A stretch of DNA of 64,000 nt from Candidatus Rifleibacteriota bacterium (GTDB lineage Bacteria; Muiribacteriota; Ozemobacteria; Ozemobacterales; Ozemobacteraceae): contig JAAYNI010000071.1 of assembly GCA_012520995.1 (NCBI GenBank), forward strand, positions 1,224 through 65,223, given 5' to 3'. This document shows positions 9,120 to 18,306 of this stretch, one piece after another. How positions within the stretch are numbered: the first letter of the stretch is position 1; each line of letters starts with the position of its first letter. Under the pieces are notes generated by a model. The model did not search any database. It was not told the DNA's origin and was given only the letters and a program-made list of their open reading frames with translations. A program made the translations under genes and the position numbers.

Positions 9120-10175
9120 ATGACAAAAAAAATCTTGAAGAACTGCTCTCCCTTTCTTTTATTAGTAGCGTTGTTCTTTGCTGTTTCCCCAGCCTTTGCC
9201 TTTAAGCGTGATTGGAAAGCATATCCTGCTTGGATCGAAGTTACAGGCGTTAAGCGAGTTTGTGCTGTGGGAGATATTCACGGCAGTTTTGATCAAATGG
9301 CTGATACTTTTAAAGCCTTGGGAGTCGCAGAAAGAACCGCTCCTGATGCTTTTACTTATGAATGGATTGGAAAAGACACTGTGCTTGTGTTAGTAGGCGA
9401 CTATACAGATAGAGGTCTTTATAGCAAACAAGTGTATGATGCTATACATGATTTGCAGAAAAAAGCTGCAAAAGCTGGCGGACAAGTAATAGCTCTTATG
9501 GGTAATCACGAAATAATGATGATTAATGGGCAAGTCAAAGAATGGGCTCAAACACTGAAATCTCATAAGAAACAGCATTATCAAAATACCATAGATTCTT
9601 TTACAAGAGATGGAGTCAACTATGATGAAGCTATTTCTGAACGCGGTTTTTATGGGCAAATGATAAGAAATATGCCTCTTTTTGCGGTAGTTAACGGTTA
9701 TTTCTTTGTGCATGGCGGAATAAATAACCGCCCGATAACCAAGTCTACATTAGCTGCCGATTTTATGGATGATATTGAAAGAGGTAACTTCAAAAAAGGC
9801 ATCTTTATGAACCATGATATGGTTCTTTGGAATCGTGACTGGTGGGATGATCAAAACCTATTGGAACGCAATCTTAAGTTGTTGGGCGTTTCAGGCATAG
9901 TATTTGGTCACACTCCAGGCGCTTTGGGAAGCGATAAGGGCAAAATAGCTTCTAAATATGACAAAATAGTATCTATAGATATAGGCATGAATCCTGTATA
10001 TGGATTCAGCAATGGCGGCGGTTTGGAGATATTGGCGGTTGCTGGTAATAAACTTCAGTTCAAGGCCATATATCCTGACAAGAATCCCGAACATATATTT
10101 ACTGTGCCCATGCCTGCTTCAGCCTATCCGCAAACAAATCGTAAACACTGGATGTACAACTATAACAACAAGTGA
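9120..10175 (+). CDS. Secreted calcineurin-like metallophosphoesterase (Shewanella-like phosphatase type), copy 1
   Basis: Signal peptide; GDIHG, GDYTDRG, GNHE, HGG, FGHT, IDIGM; ATG at 9120 follows SD GGAG. Confidence 0.9.
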   Translation: MTKKILKNCSPFLLLVALFFAVSPAFAFKRDWKAYPAWIEVTGVKRVCAVGDIHGSFDQMADTFKALGVAERTAPDAFTYEWIGKDTVLVLVGDYTDRGLYSKQVYDAIHDLQKKAAKAGGQVIALMGNHEIMMINGQVKEWAQTLKSHKKQHYQNTIDSFTRDGVNYDEAISERGFYGQMIRNMPLFAVVNGYFFVHGGINNRPITKSTLAADFMDDIERGNFKKGIFMNHDMVLWNRDWWDDQNLLERNLKLLGVSGIVFGHTPGALGSDKGKIASKYDKIVSIDIGMNPVYGFSNGGGLEILAVAGNKLQFKAIYPDKNPEHIFTVPMPASAYPQTNRKHWMYNYNNK

Positions 10176-10200
10176 CGAGTGCTGAGTGGCGAGTGGTGAG
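10171..10200 (+). repeat. Period-7 array AGTGACG AGTGCTG AGTGGCG AGTGGTG, containing the upstream gene's stop codon
   Basis: TGA at 10173-10175 lies in the first unit; related arrays at 7786, 11412, 19813 and 23603. Confidence 0.85.
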
Positions 10201-10304
10201 AAACTCCCAAAACTATTATAACCACAAAACACACGAAAAACACGAAGTAAGGACAAAAATAGCCTTTTTATTCGCTGATTATGCAGATAAACGCAGATTC
10301 ACAC

Positions 10305-10338
10305 AGCTTGGATTTTAAGCTCTGCTTAAATCCAAGCT
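10305..10338. repeat. Hairpin AGCTTGGATTTTAAGC-TCT-GCTTAAATCCAAGCT
   Basis: 15-bp stem with one bulge between the phosphatase paralogs; weaker relative at 8017-8039. Confidence 0.65.
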
Positions 10339-10363
10339 CCCTTATTCTTTGACTAAAATAATT

Positions 10364-11416
10364 ATGAAATTTAATGCCTTTAAAAAAACTGCAATATTTT
10401 TATTTGTTTTGTTGCTCTGGGCAGGCGCGCCTCTATTTGCGTATGAACGAGATTGGAGTGCTAATCCTGCTTGGATAGAGATTGCGGGAGCCAGGCGTGT
10501 TTGTGCGGTTGGCGATATTCACGGTGCGTTTGACCAAATGGCGGCAACTTTAAAAGCCTTAGGAGTAGCTGAGAGAACATCGCCTGATTCTTTTGCATAT
10601 AATTGGATCGGAAAAGATACTGTTCTCATCTTTTTGGGAGACTATGCAAATAGAGGTCTTTATACCAAACAGGTCTATGACGCTATACATGACCTTCAAC
10701 AAAAGGCTCCCAAGTATGGCGGGCAAGTAATAGCTTTGTTGGGAAACCATGAAATCAGACTGCTAAACGGCGAAATACAAGAGAAAGCGGCAAAGAAAAA
10801 GTCTAAAAAAAATCAAGATTACCAAAATACCATAGATTCGTTTACTAGAGACGGTCTTGATTATAATGAAGCTGTTTCTGAAAAAGGCTTCTATGGAAAG
10901 ATGGTAAGAAATATGCCTTTGTTCGCTGTTATAAATGGCTATTTTTTCTCTCATGGAGGTCTCAACAACGATCCTGTTAGTAAAGCGACTCTATCTTCTG
11001 CGTTCATGGATGCTATTGACAAAGGCGACTTCAACAAAGGAATTTTAGTAAATGAAGAGATGCTCATCTGGAATCGCGATTGGTGGGATGACTTTGAACT
11101 TATTGAACGCAATCTGAAGCTTCTTGGCGTTTCAGGCGTTGTCTTTGGGCATACTCCAGGCGCATTCGGCAAAGATAAAGGCAAGATAGCTTCCAAATAC
11201 GACAAAATAGTAGCTATAGACATAGGCATGACTCCGCTTCACGGATACAGTAATGGCGGGGGATTGGAGATACTTATGTTGTCTGATAAAAGCCTGCAAT
11301 TCAAGGCTATATATCCAGATTTACCGGAAGAACATATTTTTTCAGTGCCTGCACCTTCTGAACCTCCTTCTCATTCTGAACGAGAATTTTGGATGTACGA
11401 CTACAACAACCGGTGA
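10364..11416 (+). CDS. Secreted calcineurin-like metallophosphoesterase, copy 2 (tandem paralog)
   Basis: Same motifs (GDIHG, GDYANRG, GNHE, HGG, FGHT, IDIGM); colinear with copy 1. Confidence 0.9.
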   Translation: MKFNAFKKTAIFLFVLLLWAGAPLFAYERDWSANPAWIEIAGARRVCAVGDIHGAFDQMAATLKALGVAERTSPDSFAYNWIGKDTVLIFLGDYANRGLYTKQVYDAIHDLQQKAPKYGGQVIALLGNHEIRLLNGEIQEKAAKKKSKKNQDYQNTIDSFTRDGLDYNEAVSEKGFYGKMVRNMPLFAVINGYFFSHGGLNNDPVSKATLSSAFMDAIDKGDFNKGILVNEEMLIWNRDWWDDFELIERNLKLLGVSGVVFGHTPGAFGKDKGKIASKYDKIVAIDIGMTPLHGYSNGGGLEILMLSDKSLQFKAIYPDLPEEHIFSVPAPSEPPSHSEREFWMYDYNNR

Positions 11417-11469
11417 CGAGTGGTGAGTGGCGTGTAGCAAAACAAAGGGGGGTAGGGCGTAGGGGCTAG
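11412..11469 (+). repeat. Composite period-7 arrays (AGTGRYG, then TAGGGNG) starting at the copy-2 stop codon
   Basis: GGTGACG AGTGGTG AGTGGCG (TGA at 11414-11416), then GGGGGG TAGGGCG TAGGGGC TAG. Confidence 0.8.
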
Positions 11470-11543
11470 AAGGATAAAAACCTTGAAACTCCAAACTGAA
11501 CTTTGCTTTTGGGCGTTGACTAGGATTTCTACACTTTACACTA

Positions 11544-11715
11544 GCTAGGCGTGTTTGTGCGGTTGGTGATATTCATGGAATCTTTTACCAATGTCGGTGT
11601 TCTGGAAATACTTCTTTTGCCTGGCAATAGATTGCAGTTTAAGACTATATATCCAGATGTGCCGGAAGAACATCTGTTTACGGTTTCTATGCCGACTTTA
11701 GCCTATGTTCCTTGA
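11544..11715 (+). pseudogene. Internally deleted remnant of a third phosphatase copy
   Basis: Reads ARRVCAVGDIHG, then in another frame NVGVLEILLLPGNRLQFKTIYPDVPEEHLFTVSMP; these match the N- and C-terminal parts of the two intact paralogs. Confidence 0.9.
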
Positions 11716-11768
11716 AGGTTGGACTTGATGTAAAAGTGAAAGATGAGACTTAACTTCTTTTAAATGAA

Positions 11769-12905
11769 ATGTTTTCTTTAAAAAAAATCCGAATTCTTCT
11801 ATTGTCTGTCTTTGCAGCGGCCACACTTTTGCTCTTGCTTTCCCCGAACCTTAAAGAGCCTTCCCAATGTACTTTTTATCCTGCAGTAATTCATGCAGAG
11901 TCAGTTTCGCCGCTCTCACCTGGCAAACCATCAGATATAGTTTTTTATTTTATTCAACATGGAAAGCTTGTAGAGAGTATGGACTTTAAAGCAGTTTTTA
12001 CTTTTACATGCAAAGACGGTAAACAAGTTATTCAGGAAAAACACAGTCATTTTCTCTCTAACTATGCTTTAAAAGCGACTGCGGAGCCTCCTGAAGATGC
12101 TGTCTCTTGTCTTGTTGAGCTTTATTCGCCGAAGGATCAAAAAAGTTTTTCAAGAGAACTTAAAGTCAGTACAGATCTGCTCTTAGGAGTAGCTCCGCCT
12201 CATATGCCTTTTTTTTATCTTTCGCCCTTGAAATTTGAATTAGCGGTTTTTGACCCTCATGATTTAGTTCTGAAATCCGACGAAGTTATTGTATCCAGCT
12301 TGTCGCGTGATGAGGAAATCTTACTTGCTAATGAACATTTGTCAGGCGGGGAAGAATTGATCGAAAGCGTTTTTGTTATAAAACAAGAAAAAGCTTCAGA
12401 GAAGATAAACTTTAAAGCTGTATGGCAAAATCAAACCAAAACCTTTCACATCAGATTGTTTAAGATTAACCCTTCAATGCTTAAAAGCTCATATAATGAG
12501 TTCTTTTATCCTCTGGAGGCGAAAAATATATCTGAAAATAAATATCTTAAAAAGCTGGAAAAAAGTCATAGCATGGTTAAGGTGTCGATTGCAAAAGAGT
12601 TTTCTTCAAAAGCTGGTTTTCTGGAGCTTTGGCAAAACAGAAAGTTGATAAATCTGATTGCCTTGGATGGCAGTGAAAGCTATCGTTTGAGTTTTGGCGC
12701 CAGAAATAAATCTCTGCCTTTTTTTGTAAAGATTGCTATTTACGAAGAGGATAAGATTCATTTTGAGCGTGAATCTATTTATTATGAAACTCCTGACTCA
12801 GAAAACCCTGTGACAAAACTGCTGTACCGAATAGCACAGCTTAAATCCCCGGTAATAGGCAAAAGTTGTGCGGAACTATTCTTAAACAGCTGTTTGGCTA
12901 ATTAA
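11769..12905 (+). CDS. Hypothetical exported or membrane-anchored protein
   Basis: 378-aa ORF with a hydrophobic N-terminus; no recognised motif; overlaps the recN stop by 8 bp. Confidence 0.6.
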   Translation: MFSLKKIRILLLSVFAAATLLLLLSPNLKEPSQCTFYPAVIHAESVSPLSPGKPSDIVFYFIQHGKLVESMDFKAVFTFTCKDGKQVIQEKHSHFLSNYALKATAEPPEDAVSCLVELYSPKDQKSFSRELKVSTDLLLGVAPPHMPFFYLSPLKFELAVFDPHDLVLKSDEVIVSSLSRDEEILLANEHLSGGEELIESVFVIKQEKASEKINFKAVWQNQTKTFHIRLFKINPSMLKSSYNEFFYPLEAKNISENKYLKKLEKSHSMVKVSIAKEFSSKAGFLELWQNRKLINLIALDGSESYRLSFGARNKSLPFFVKIAIYEEDKIHFERESIYYETPDSENPVTKLLYRIAQLKSPVIGKSCAELFLNSCLAN

Positions 12906-14565
12906 GCATAGTTTTGGCAAACTCAATGGTTTTGCTGTCAAGTGAGCCAAGCATTCTTGCAATTTCTTCGGCTCTTTCGGCATCTTTCACTTCGGCAATG
13001 CAGACCTCTGTTTCATTGTTGGAAACGCTCTTTGTCACTGTGAAGTGTTTATCGCCCTCTTTTGCGATTTGATGCAAGTGGGTTACCAAAATAACCTGTT
13101 TGTCGTCAGACAGTGTCTTGAGACTTTCTGCAACAGCTTCCGCTGTTTGTCCGCCAATACCAGCGTCTATTTCATCAAAAACCAGCGTGGGCAGATTATC
13201 GCAAGCAGCCAGAACTGTTTTGATAGCCAAAGCCACTCTGGAAAGTTCGCCGCCCGATGCTATCTTTTTCAAAGGACCGCCAGGAGAACCTGGGTTTAAG
13301 GAAACGCAAAACTCAGCTGTTTCATTACCCTTTGCGGTCGGCTCTACTGTTTTAAAGTCTATATAAAACTTGGCTTGATTAAAGCCGAGCTTTGACATTT
13401 CTGAGGAGACGGTTTTTTCTAAGGTTTTACCTGATTTTTTTCTCTCAGAGGTTACCAGAGCGGCGGTTTTTAAGAACTGTTCGTTAATTTTATCGAACTT
13501 CTCTTGCAACTTTTTCTTGGCTGCATCAGGGCGTTCCAGTTCATATAGCTCTTCTGAAAGCTCTTGATTCATTTTTATAAGGCCTAGAAAATCGGTATGG
13601 TATTTTCTTTGAGCCCTGGAAAGTTCCATAAGTCTGCTTTGAATCCAGTCGAGTCTTTGAGGGTCTGATTGAAGTGAATCCAGTTCTGATGAAAGATCAG
13701 ATTCTACAGATTTCAGTTCATAATACATATCTGAAATCTTTTCAGATAGATCGGTGAAATCATTTCGGTAAGCTGAAATGGCTGAGAAATTAGAAGAAAT
13801 TCTATGAAGCATTGAGACGAGAGAAGGGGAGTCGTCTGTGCCAGAGAGAAGATTGTAGGACTCAGCCAGTTTTTCTATTATATTCTCTGCGTTTGCAAGC
13901 TTGTTCAATTCTGATTTAAGCTCATCTTCTTCGTTTTGATCTTCTATATTCAGATAATTAAGTTCGTCAAGGATATCTTTTATTTCATTGGCTCTGCGTT
14001 CTGAGGCTTCCAGATTAGACTCCAGTTCTTCAAGTTTGGCGGCAAGAGTTTTCCTATCTTTGTGGAGGTCTTTGAGTTTTTCCAAATTGTTTTCATGTTC
14101 TTTGCCGCAGAACTTGTCCAGCAGTAGTCTTTGAGTATCTGTTTTTAACATGGTTTGATGCTCGTTTTGTCCATGTATTTCTACAAGACCTTCTCCTATA
14201 TCTTTCAGCAGAGCCATGTTGCCTAATATGCTGTTTACAAGAATATTGCCTTTGCCATCTTCTTTAAAAGTTCTTGATATCAGGAGCTTTTCAGGATCAT
14301 CTTCATTTTCAAAGCCTCTCTCTTCAAGCAAGTCCTGTAAAGGTTTATTGCCTTTTAATGAAAATACTGCTTGAATTTTGGCAGTCTTTTCCTTGTTAAG
14401 AGCAGGATTGCTTTTCGGCTTTTTGCCAAGAAGAAGCTTTATAGCTTCCAATAGAACGCTCTTGCCTGCACCAGTTTCTCCTGTGATGACGTTTAGACCT
14501 TTTGAAAAAGACAGGTCAGCATTGTTCATGAATAAAAAATTTTCTAAGTGGACTGATTCGATCAT
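12898..14565 (-). CDS. recN: DNA repair protein RecN
   Basis: ITGETGAGKS, EIHGQNEH, coiled coil, ASGGELSRVALA, FDEIDAGIGG, VTHLHQIA, EIARML. Confidence 0.96.
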   Translation of the reverse strand: MIESVHLENFLFMNNADLSFSKGLNVITGETGAGKSVLLEAIKLLLGKKPKSNPALNKEKTAKIQAVFSLKGNKPLQDLLEERGFENEDDPEKLLISRTFKEDGKGNILVNSILGNMALLKDIGEGLVEIHGQNEHQTMLKTDTQRLLLDKFCGKEHENNLEKLKDLHKDRKTLAAKLEELESNLEASERRANEIKDILDELNYLNIEDQNEEDELKSELNKLANAENIIEKLAESYNLLSGTDDSPSLVSMLHRISSNFSAISAYRNDFTDLSEKISDMYYELKSVESDLSSELDSLQSDPQRLDWIQSRLMELSRAQRKYHTDFLGLIKMNQELSEELYELERPDAAKKKLQEKFDKINEQFLKTAALVTSERKKSGKTLEKTVSSEMSKLGFNQAKFYIDFKTVEPTAKGNETAEFCVSLNPGSPGGPLKKIASGGELSRVALAIKTVLAACDNLPTLVFDEIDAGIGGQTAEAVAESLKTLSDDKQVILVTHLHQIAKEGDKHFTVTKSVSNNETEVCIAEVKDAERAEEIARMLGSLDSKTIEFAKTMLN

Positions 14566-15992
14566 TTTTTTATTACTTTCTTAGTGGCTGGAGTGACAGG
14601 AAGTTTGATTTTCTTAAGAGTTTCTGTTTTGATTTCTTCAACTTTATTTTTAAGCTTGGCCTTTTCAGCTTCTTTTTCTCTTTCTTGCTGTTTTTTGATG
14701 CGTTCTGCCGCTTCTTTGATCATATCCTTTCCTGATTTGGTAAGAATTTCAGGTTGCTTTGTTTGAGAGACGGTGGTCAGAATGCGAGGGTCTTTGGTCT
14801 TGAGAGCGTCAGTAATTGCAGAAAGAGGATCTTTCGTGGCAGATGGTTTGTCCGCTATGGTGCCTTTGGGCTTATTATAGGAATCGTCTATCAATCTTAT
14901 AGAGTCGCTCAAGCCATAATTAAGCTTAACCAGTTGGGTGCCTGGATAATAAAACTTCAGTATCTGTGTACAGGAATAGCCGCAAGCAGCCATTCCAGTT
15001 GCTCCGTCTTGGCACATTCCGACCCTATGTCCACTGGAGGGGAAGAGTTTCTGTTTTGCATAAGGCGGAGTTACGCCTACGACCAGCTTTTGTTTTTTAT
15101 CAGGCATTCCGGAAAGAGATTGTTTTTTAAAATAGCGGTTGCCAAAATAGCAAAAGGGTTTATAGCCTTTTATACCGTCATAATGTCCAACCAGATAGGA
15201 TACGGCTTTTCCGCCCCAAGCTGCTTGACTGCTTATAAGATAGCCTCCGCAATTAGAGTGATAGACGGTGTTTGCCGGCTCTTTGGTGGATGGAGCCAAA
15301 AGTATTCTGGCAATGCTGTTTACAACTCCTTTGGTGGTTCTGGAATCTTCTTTGGCAATACCTGTATAGGCTTGGCAATGAACCGAGTCACAGAGGTTAT
15401 AATTATCTTTTTTATGTTGGTTAAAGTTTCTAATCGCGTAAGTTCTGGCTGCGACTGTTTGTGCTTCAATTGCTTGCAGGGGAGCGGAAGGCGGGATCTC
15501 GGAAGGCACAACAGATTTTAAATAGTCTTCAATAAAAACTGAGTTTATTATTTTTAATGTGCTGTTTTTACTGAAAACGGTTATATTGCCTCTAAATGAA
15601 AATGAAGTGCGTTGAGAGAGTTTGATCTGTATATAGGAAGTCGTATCGGCTGAAGGAATAATCTTTACAGAGCCTCCAAGTTGAAGAGACTTCTCAGACC
15701 CGATTTGAAGTTTCATTTGATTGCCTTTTATGGCTTGAATTGTAATTTTTTGTGTTTTGCCTGAATATATTTGACGGTTGCCTGCTTCTATTGTCATAGT
15801 TTCGGAAGCAGGTATAAAAAACAGCTGATTGTATTTGGAGACCTTTGTTAAAGCTATATCGAGAAATTTGTCGGAGTTTAAAAAGTCTCTTAAATCAGTA
15901 TCAGCAAATAATTTTGCTGGAAGAAAGATAAAGGTCGCCAAAGAAAATAAAAAGAATAAGTATTTGTTAAATGTGTTTTGTAAAGGTTTCAT
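14562..15992 (-). CDS. SpoIID/LytB-domain lytic transglycosylase-like protein with a Lys-rich tail
   Basis: EDYLKSVVPSE, AQTVAARTYA, LCDSVHCQAY, YHSNCGG, GHRVGMCQDGA, ILKFYYPG; signal peptide. Confidence 0.88.
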   Translation of the reverse strand: MKPLQNTFNKYLFFLFSLATFIFLPAKLFADTDLRDFLNSDKFLDIALTKVSKYNQLFFIPASETMTIEAGNRQIYSGKTQKITIQAIKGNQMKLQIGSEKSLQLGGSVKIIPSADTTSYIQIKLSQRTSFSFRGNITVFSKNSTLKIINSVFIEDYLKSVVPSEIPPSAPLQAIEAQTVAARTYAIRNFNQHKKDNYNLCDSVHCQAYTGIAKEDSRTTKGVVNSIARILLAPSTKEPANTVYHSNCGGYLISSQAAWGGKAVSYLVGHYDGIKGYKPFCYFGNRYFKKQSLSGMPDKKQKLVVGVTPPYAKQKLFPSSGHRVGMCQDGATGMAACGYSCTQILKFYYPGTQLVKLNYGLSDSIRLIDDSYNKPKGTIADKPSATKDPLSAITDALKTKDPRILTTVSQTKQPEILTKSGKDMIKEAAERIKKQQEREKEAEKAKLKNKVEEIKTETLKKIKLPVTPATKKVIKK

Positions 15993-18133
15993 AAGGTTTT
16001 ACTTTTTGCTTTGTCTATCAAGTCTTGCAGAGTTTTTTCTTTCTCAGAGCCAATGTTATGTTTTACAGCTTCTTTCAAAAGTTGATCCGCTTTCAATATA
16101 TCTATGTCTTGAACTCCGTAATACCCCGCATATATTAAAGCTGCTTCATAATAGGCTTCAGCAACATGAGGGCTGTTGGGGTGAAGCACTGGAACCCTGA
16201 GTATTTCGAGTGCTCCTTCTGTGGCTTTCTTGTCTGCTGCAAGCGATTTTCCTAAGTTAATTCTGATTCTGGGTTCAGCAGAGCTTTCAGTTTTTCGCAT
16301 TTTTAAAGCTTCTCTGTAAGACTCTGATGCGGAGGCATAGTCTTTGAGACTATATAAACAGTTGGCGACTTCTTCGGTTGCCGCAGGCACTAGTGTGCTT
16401 TCCGGGGCTTCTGAAATTATAGCCTTGTAGTTTTGAATGGCCAAGGCGTAGCTTCCTGCTTTTTGAGCTATTTTAGCAATATTAAATCTGGCTTCTTGTC
16501 TGAAATATCCTTCGGAGTTGAGAAGCTGTGAAAAAGCAGCTAAAGCTTGAGCATCATCATTAAGCTCTAACCAAGCCAGACCAATTTTAAACTTAGCGTC
16601 GTCTGTCATTGAAGCTTGAGGATATTTTTTGAGATAGGTTTCGAAGAGATTTATCGCTTCTTTGATTTTAGCAGCTCTCATCGCAACTTCTCCGCTTCTG
16701 AAAAGTGCTTGAGAGGCGAGGGGTTTTCCGCTTTCCGCTATCAGAGAAAAGGCAGTCAAGGCTTCGTCAAAGCTTTCTTGGAGGTATGCCAGTTCTCCAA
16801 GTTGATAGAGGGCATCAATTCTTGTTTCTCCTTTTGGGAATTTTGTGACAATTTCATTGAAGTATTTGCCTGCATCTTTTACGTTGCCAAGGTTGAAGTA
16901 GGATTCGCCAAGTCTGTATAGAGCCTTTTCTTTTACGTCAGCTGGAGTTTTAGTGTTTTCAGCAAGTTTTAGAAGGGTATTTATAGCTTTGGTAAAGTCT
17001 TTTTGTCCTATGTATGAAAGACCTAGTCTGTAAGTAGCTTCGTATACTCTAGGAGAATCTTTGTAATTGTCTAAAAATTCTTTGAAAGCTCTTTCGCTGT
17101 TTCCGAATTGATTTAGCGAATAAAGAGCAAGGGCTTTCATGTATGCCAACTCAGGTTTCAATGGGTCATTAACGCTCAAGACGAAAAGGTATTTGTCTAT
17201 AGAGTCAGCTGCTTCCTGAAACTTTCGGAGGTTCAGAAGTATATCCACCCAAGTTTTCAAAGAAGCGCTTCTAACAGCCGATTTCGGATTTTCAACTTGC
17301 TGTTTCAGTATATCAGCGGCTTTGTCGTTGTCAGCCATATATATATAGCACCAAGCCATAGAGTAGGCGGCTTTATGAGCCGATGAGGAATCAGGATCTG
17401 CTTTTATGGTGTTTTCGTAATAGGCTATAGCTTCTTTGTATTGCTTGGTTCTGAAGGCACATTCACCCATATAAAACAATATGTCTCTTGCTGATTCGGG
17501 GTTGGGTGTGATCGCCAAAGCTTTTTCAAAGTCCGGCAGTGCTTGTCTGTAGATGCTTAGATTGAACTTGGCTATGGCTGTTTGCAGGTATGCGTCAAAA
17601 CGCATGGTCTGATCCAGTTGCTCAAAGGGTTTCAAAAGTTCGTAGGTGTCTATGATTTGTTGCGGCGGAAAGGAGTATTTTGCAAGTATGTATCCGCGCT
17701 TCATGACTGCGTCAGTGTAGAGAACTTTATCTTTTTTGCTGACTTTTGCAAAGGCTTCCAAGGCTGATTTTGGGTTCATATCCTTCATGTGAGTCCAGCC
17801 AAGGCCATAAGCGCTTCGGTCATAATAAGGGCTTTCTGGATAATTGTTTGTAATCTCTGTATAGCAGGCAGCTGCTTTAGTCCAGTTTTCCAGCTTGTAG
17901 TTTGCTTCAGCCAACCAAAAATAAGCTTCATCAGCTTGGTCGAATGGACGGGGGTCTTTTATTATTTTATCCAAGACTATGTCAGCTTCTTTAAAAAAGC
18001 CTTTGCGATATAGTCCTAAGGCATATTTGAAGTTTTCCTGAATGCTGTCTTGATAGGCAAACAGGGTGCCGCTCATGAGAATTGCTGACAAGACGGCAGC
18101 TGAAAAACAAATCTGGCGAAACTTGCACATCAT
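15989..18133 (-). CDS. Exported tetratricopeptide-repeat protein (CpoB/BamD-like repeats)
   Basis: Signal peptide; many repeats of the type AYFWLAE..Y, YPES, ALYRLGESYF, ALYQLGELAY. Confidence 0.85.
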   Translation of the reverse strand: MMCKFRQICFSAAVLSAILMSGTLFAYQDSIQENFKYALGLYRKGFFKEADIVLDKIIKDPRPFDQADEAYFWLAEANYKLENWTKAAACYTEITNNYPESPYYDRSAYGLGWTHMKDMNPKSALEAFAKVSKKDKVLYTDAVMKRGYILAKYSFPPQQIIDTYELLKPFEQLDQTMRFDAYLQTAIAKFNLSIYRQALPDFEKALAITPNPESARDILFYMGECAFRTKQYKEAIAYYENTIKADPDSSSAHKAAYSMAWCYIYMADNDKAADILKQQVENPKSAVRSASLKTWVDILLNLRKFQEAADSIDKYLFVLSVNDPLKPELAYMKALALYSLNQFGNSERAFKEFLDNYKDSPRVYEATYRLGLSYIGQKDFTKAINTLLKLAENTKTPADVKEKALYRLGESYFNLGNVKDAGKYFNEIVTKFPKGETRIDALYQLGELAYLQESFDEALTAFSLIAESGKPLASQALFRSGEVAMRAAKIKEAINLFETYLKKYPQASMTDDAKFKIGLAWLELNDDAQALAAFSQLLNSEGYFRQEARFNIAKIAQKAGSYALAIQNYKAIISEAPESTLVPAATEEVANCLYSLKDYASASESYREALKMRKTESSAEPRIRINLGKSLAADKKATEGALEILRVPVLHPNSPHVAEAYYEAALIYAGYYGVQDIDILKADQLLKEAVKHNIGSEKEKTLQDLIDKAKSKTL

Positions 18134-18306
18134 TTATCCGATTAGCCTTTCTAATTTTGTTACAGACTCAGCGATTGTAGCGCTAATTACGGCTTCATTT
18201 CAAGCTAGGAACTTATTAATTGCCGGATTTGTAAAGAATCTTCTATTTATCTCATAAATTTGGTAAAATTTAAGAAACTATATAATTAATGCGAAAAGAG
18301 GAATTT

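Noticed and set aside
11544-11715. Phosphatase remnant as a diversity-generating retroelement template repeat
   Set aside because: No reverse transcriptase in the window, differences are not confined to adenines, and the fragment joins N- and C-terminal parts as expected for a deletion.
14754-15521. 255-aa + strand ORF inside the SpoIID gene
   Set aside because: Fully antisense to a motif-supported gene, with atypical composition.
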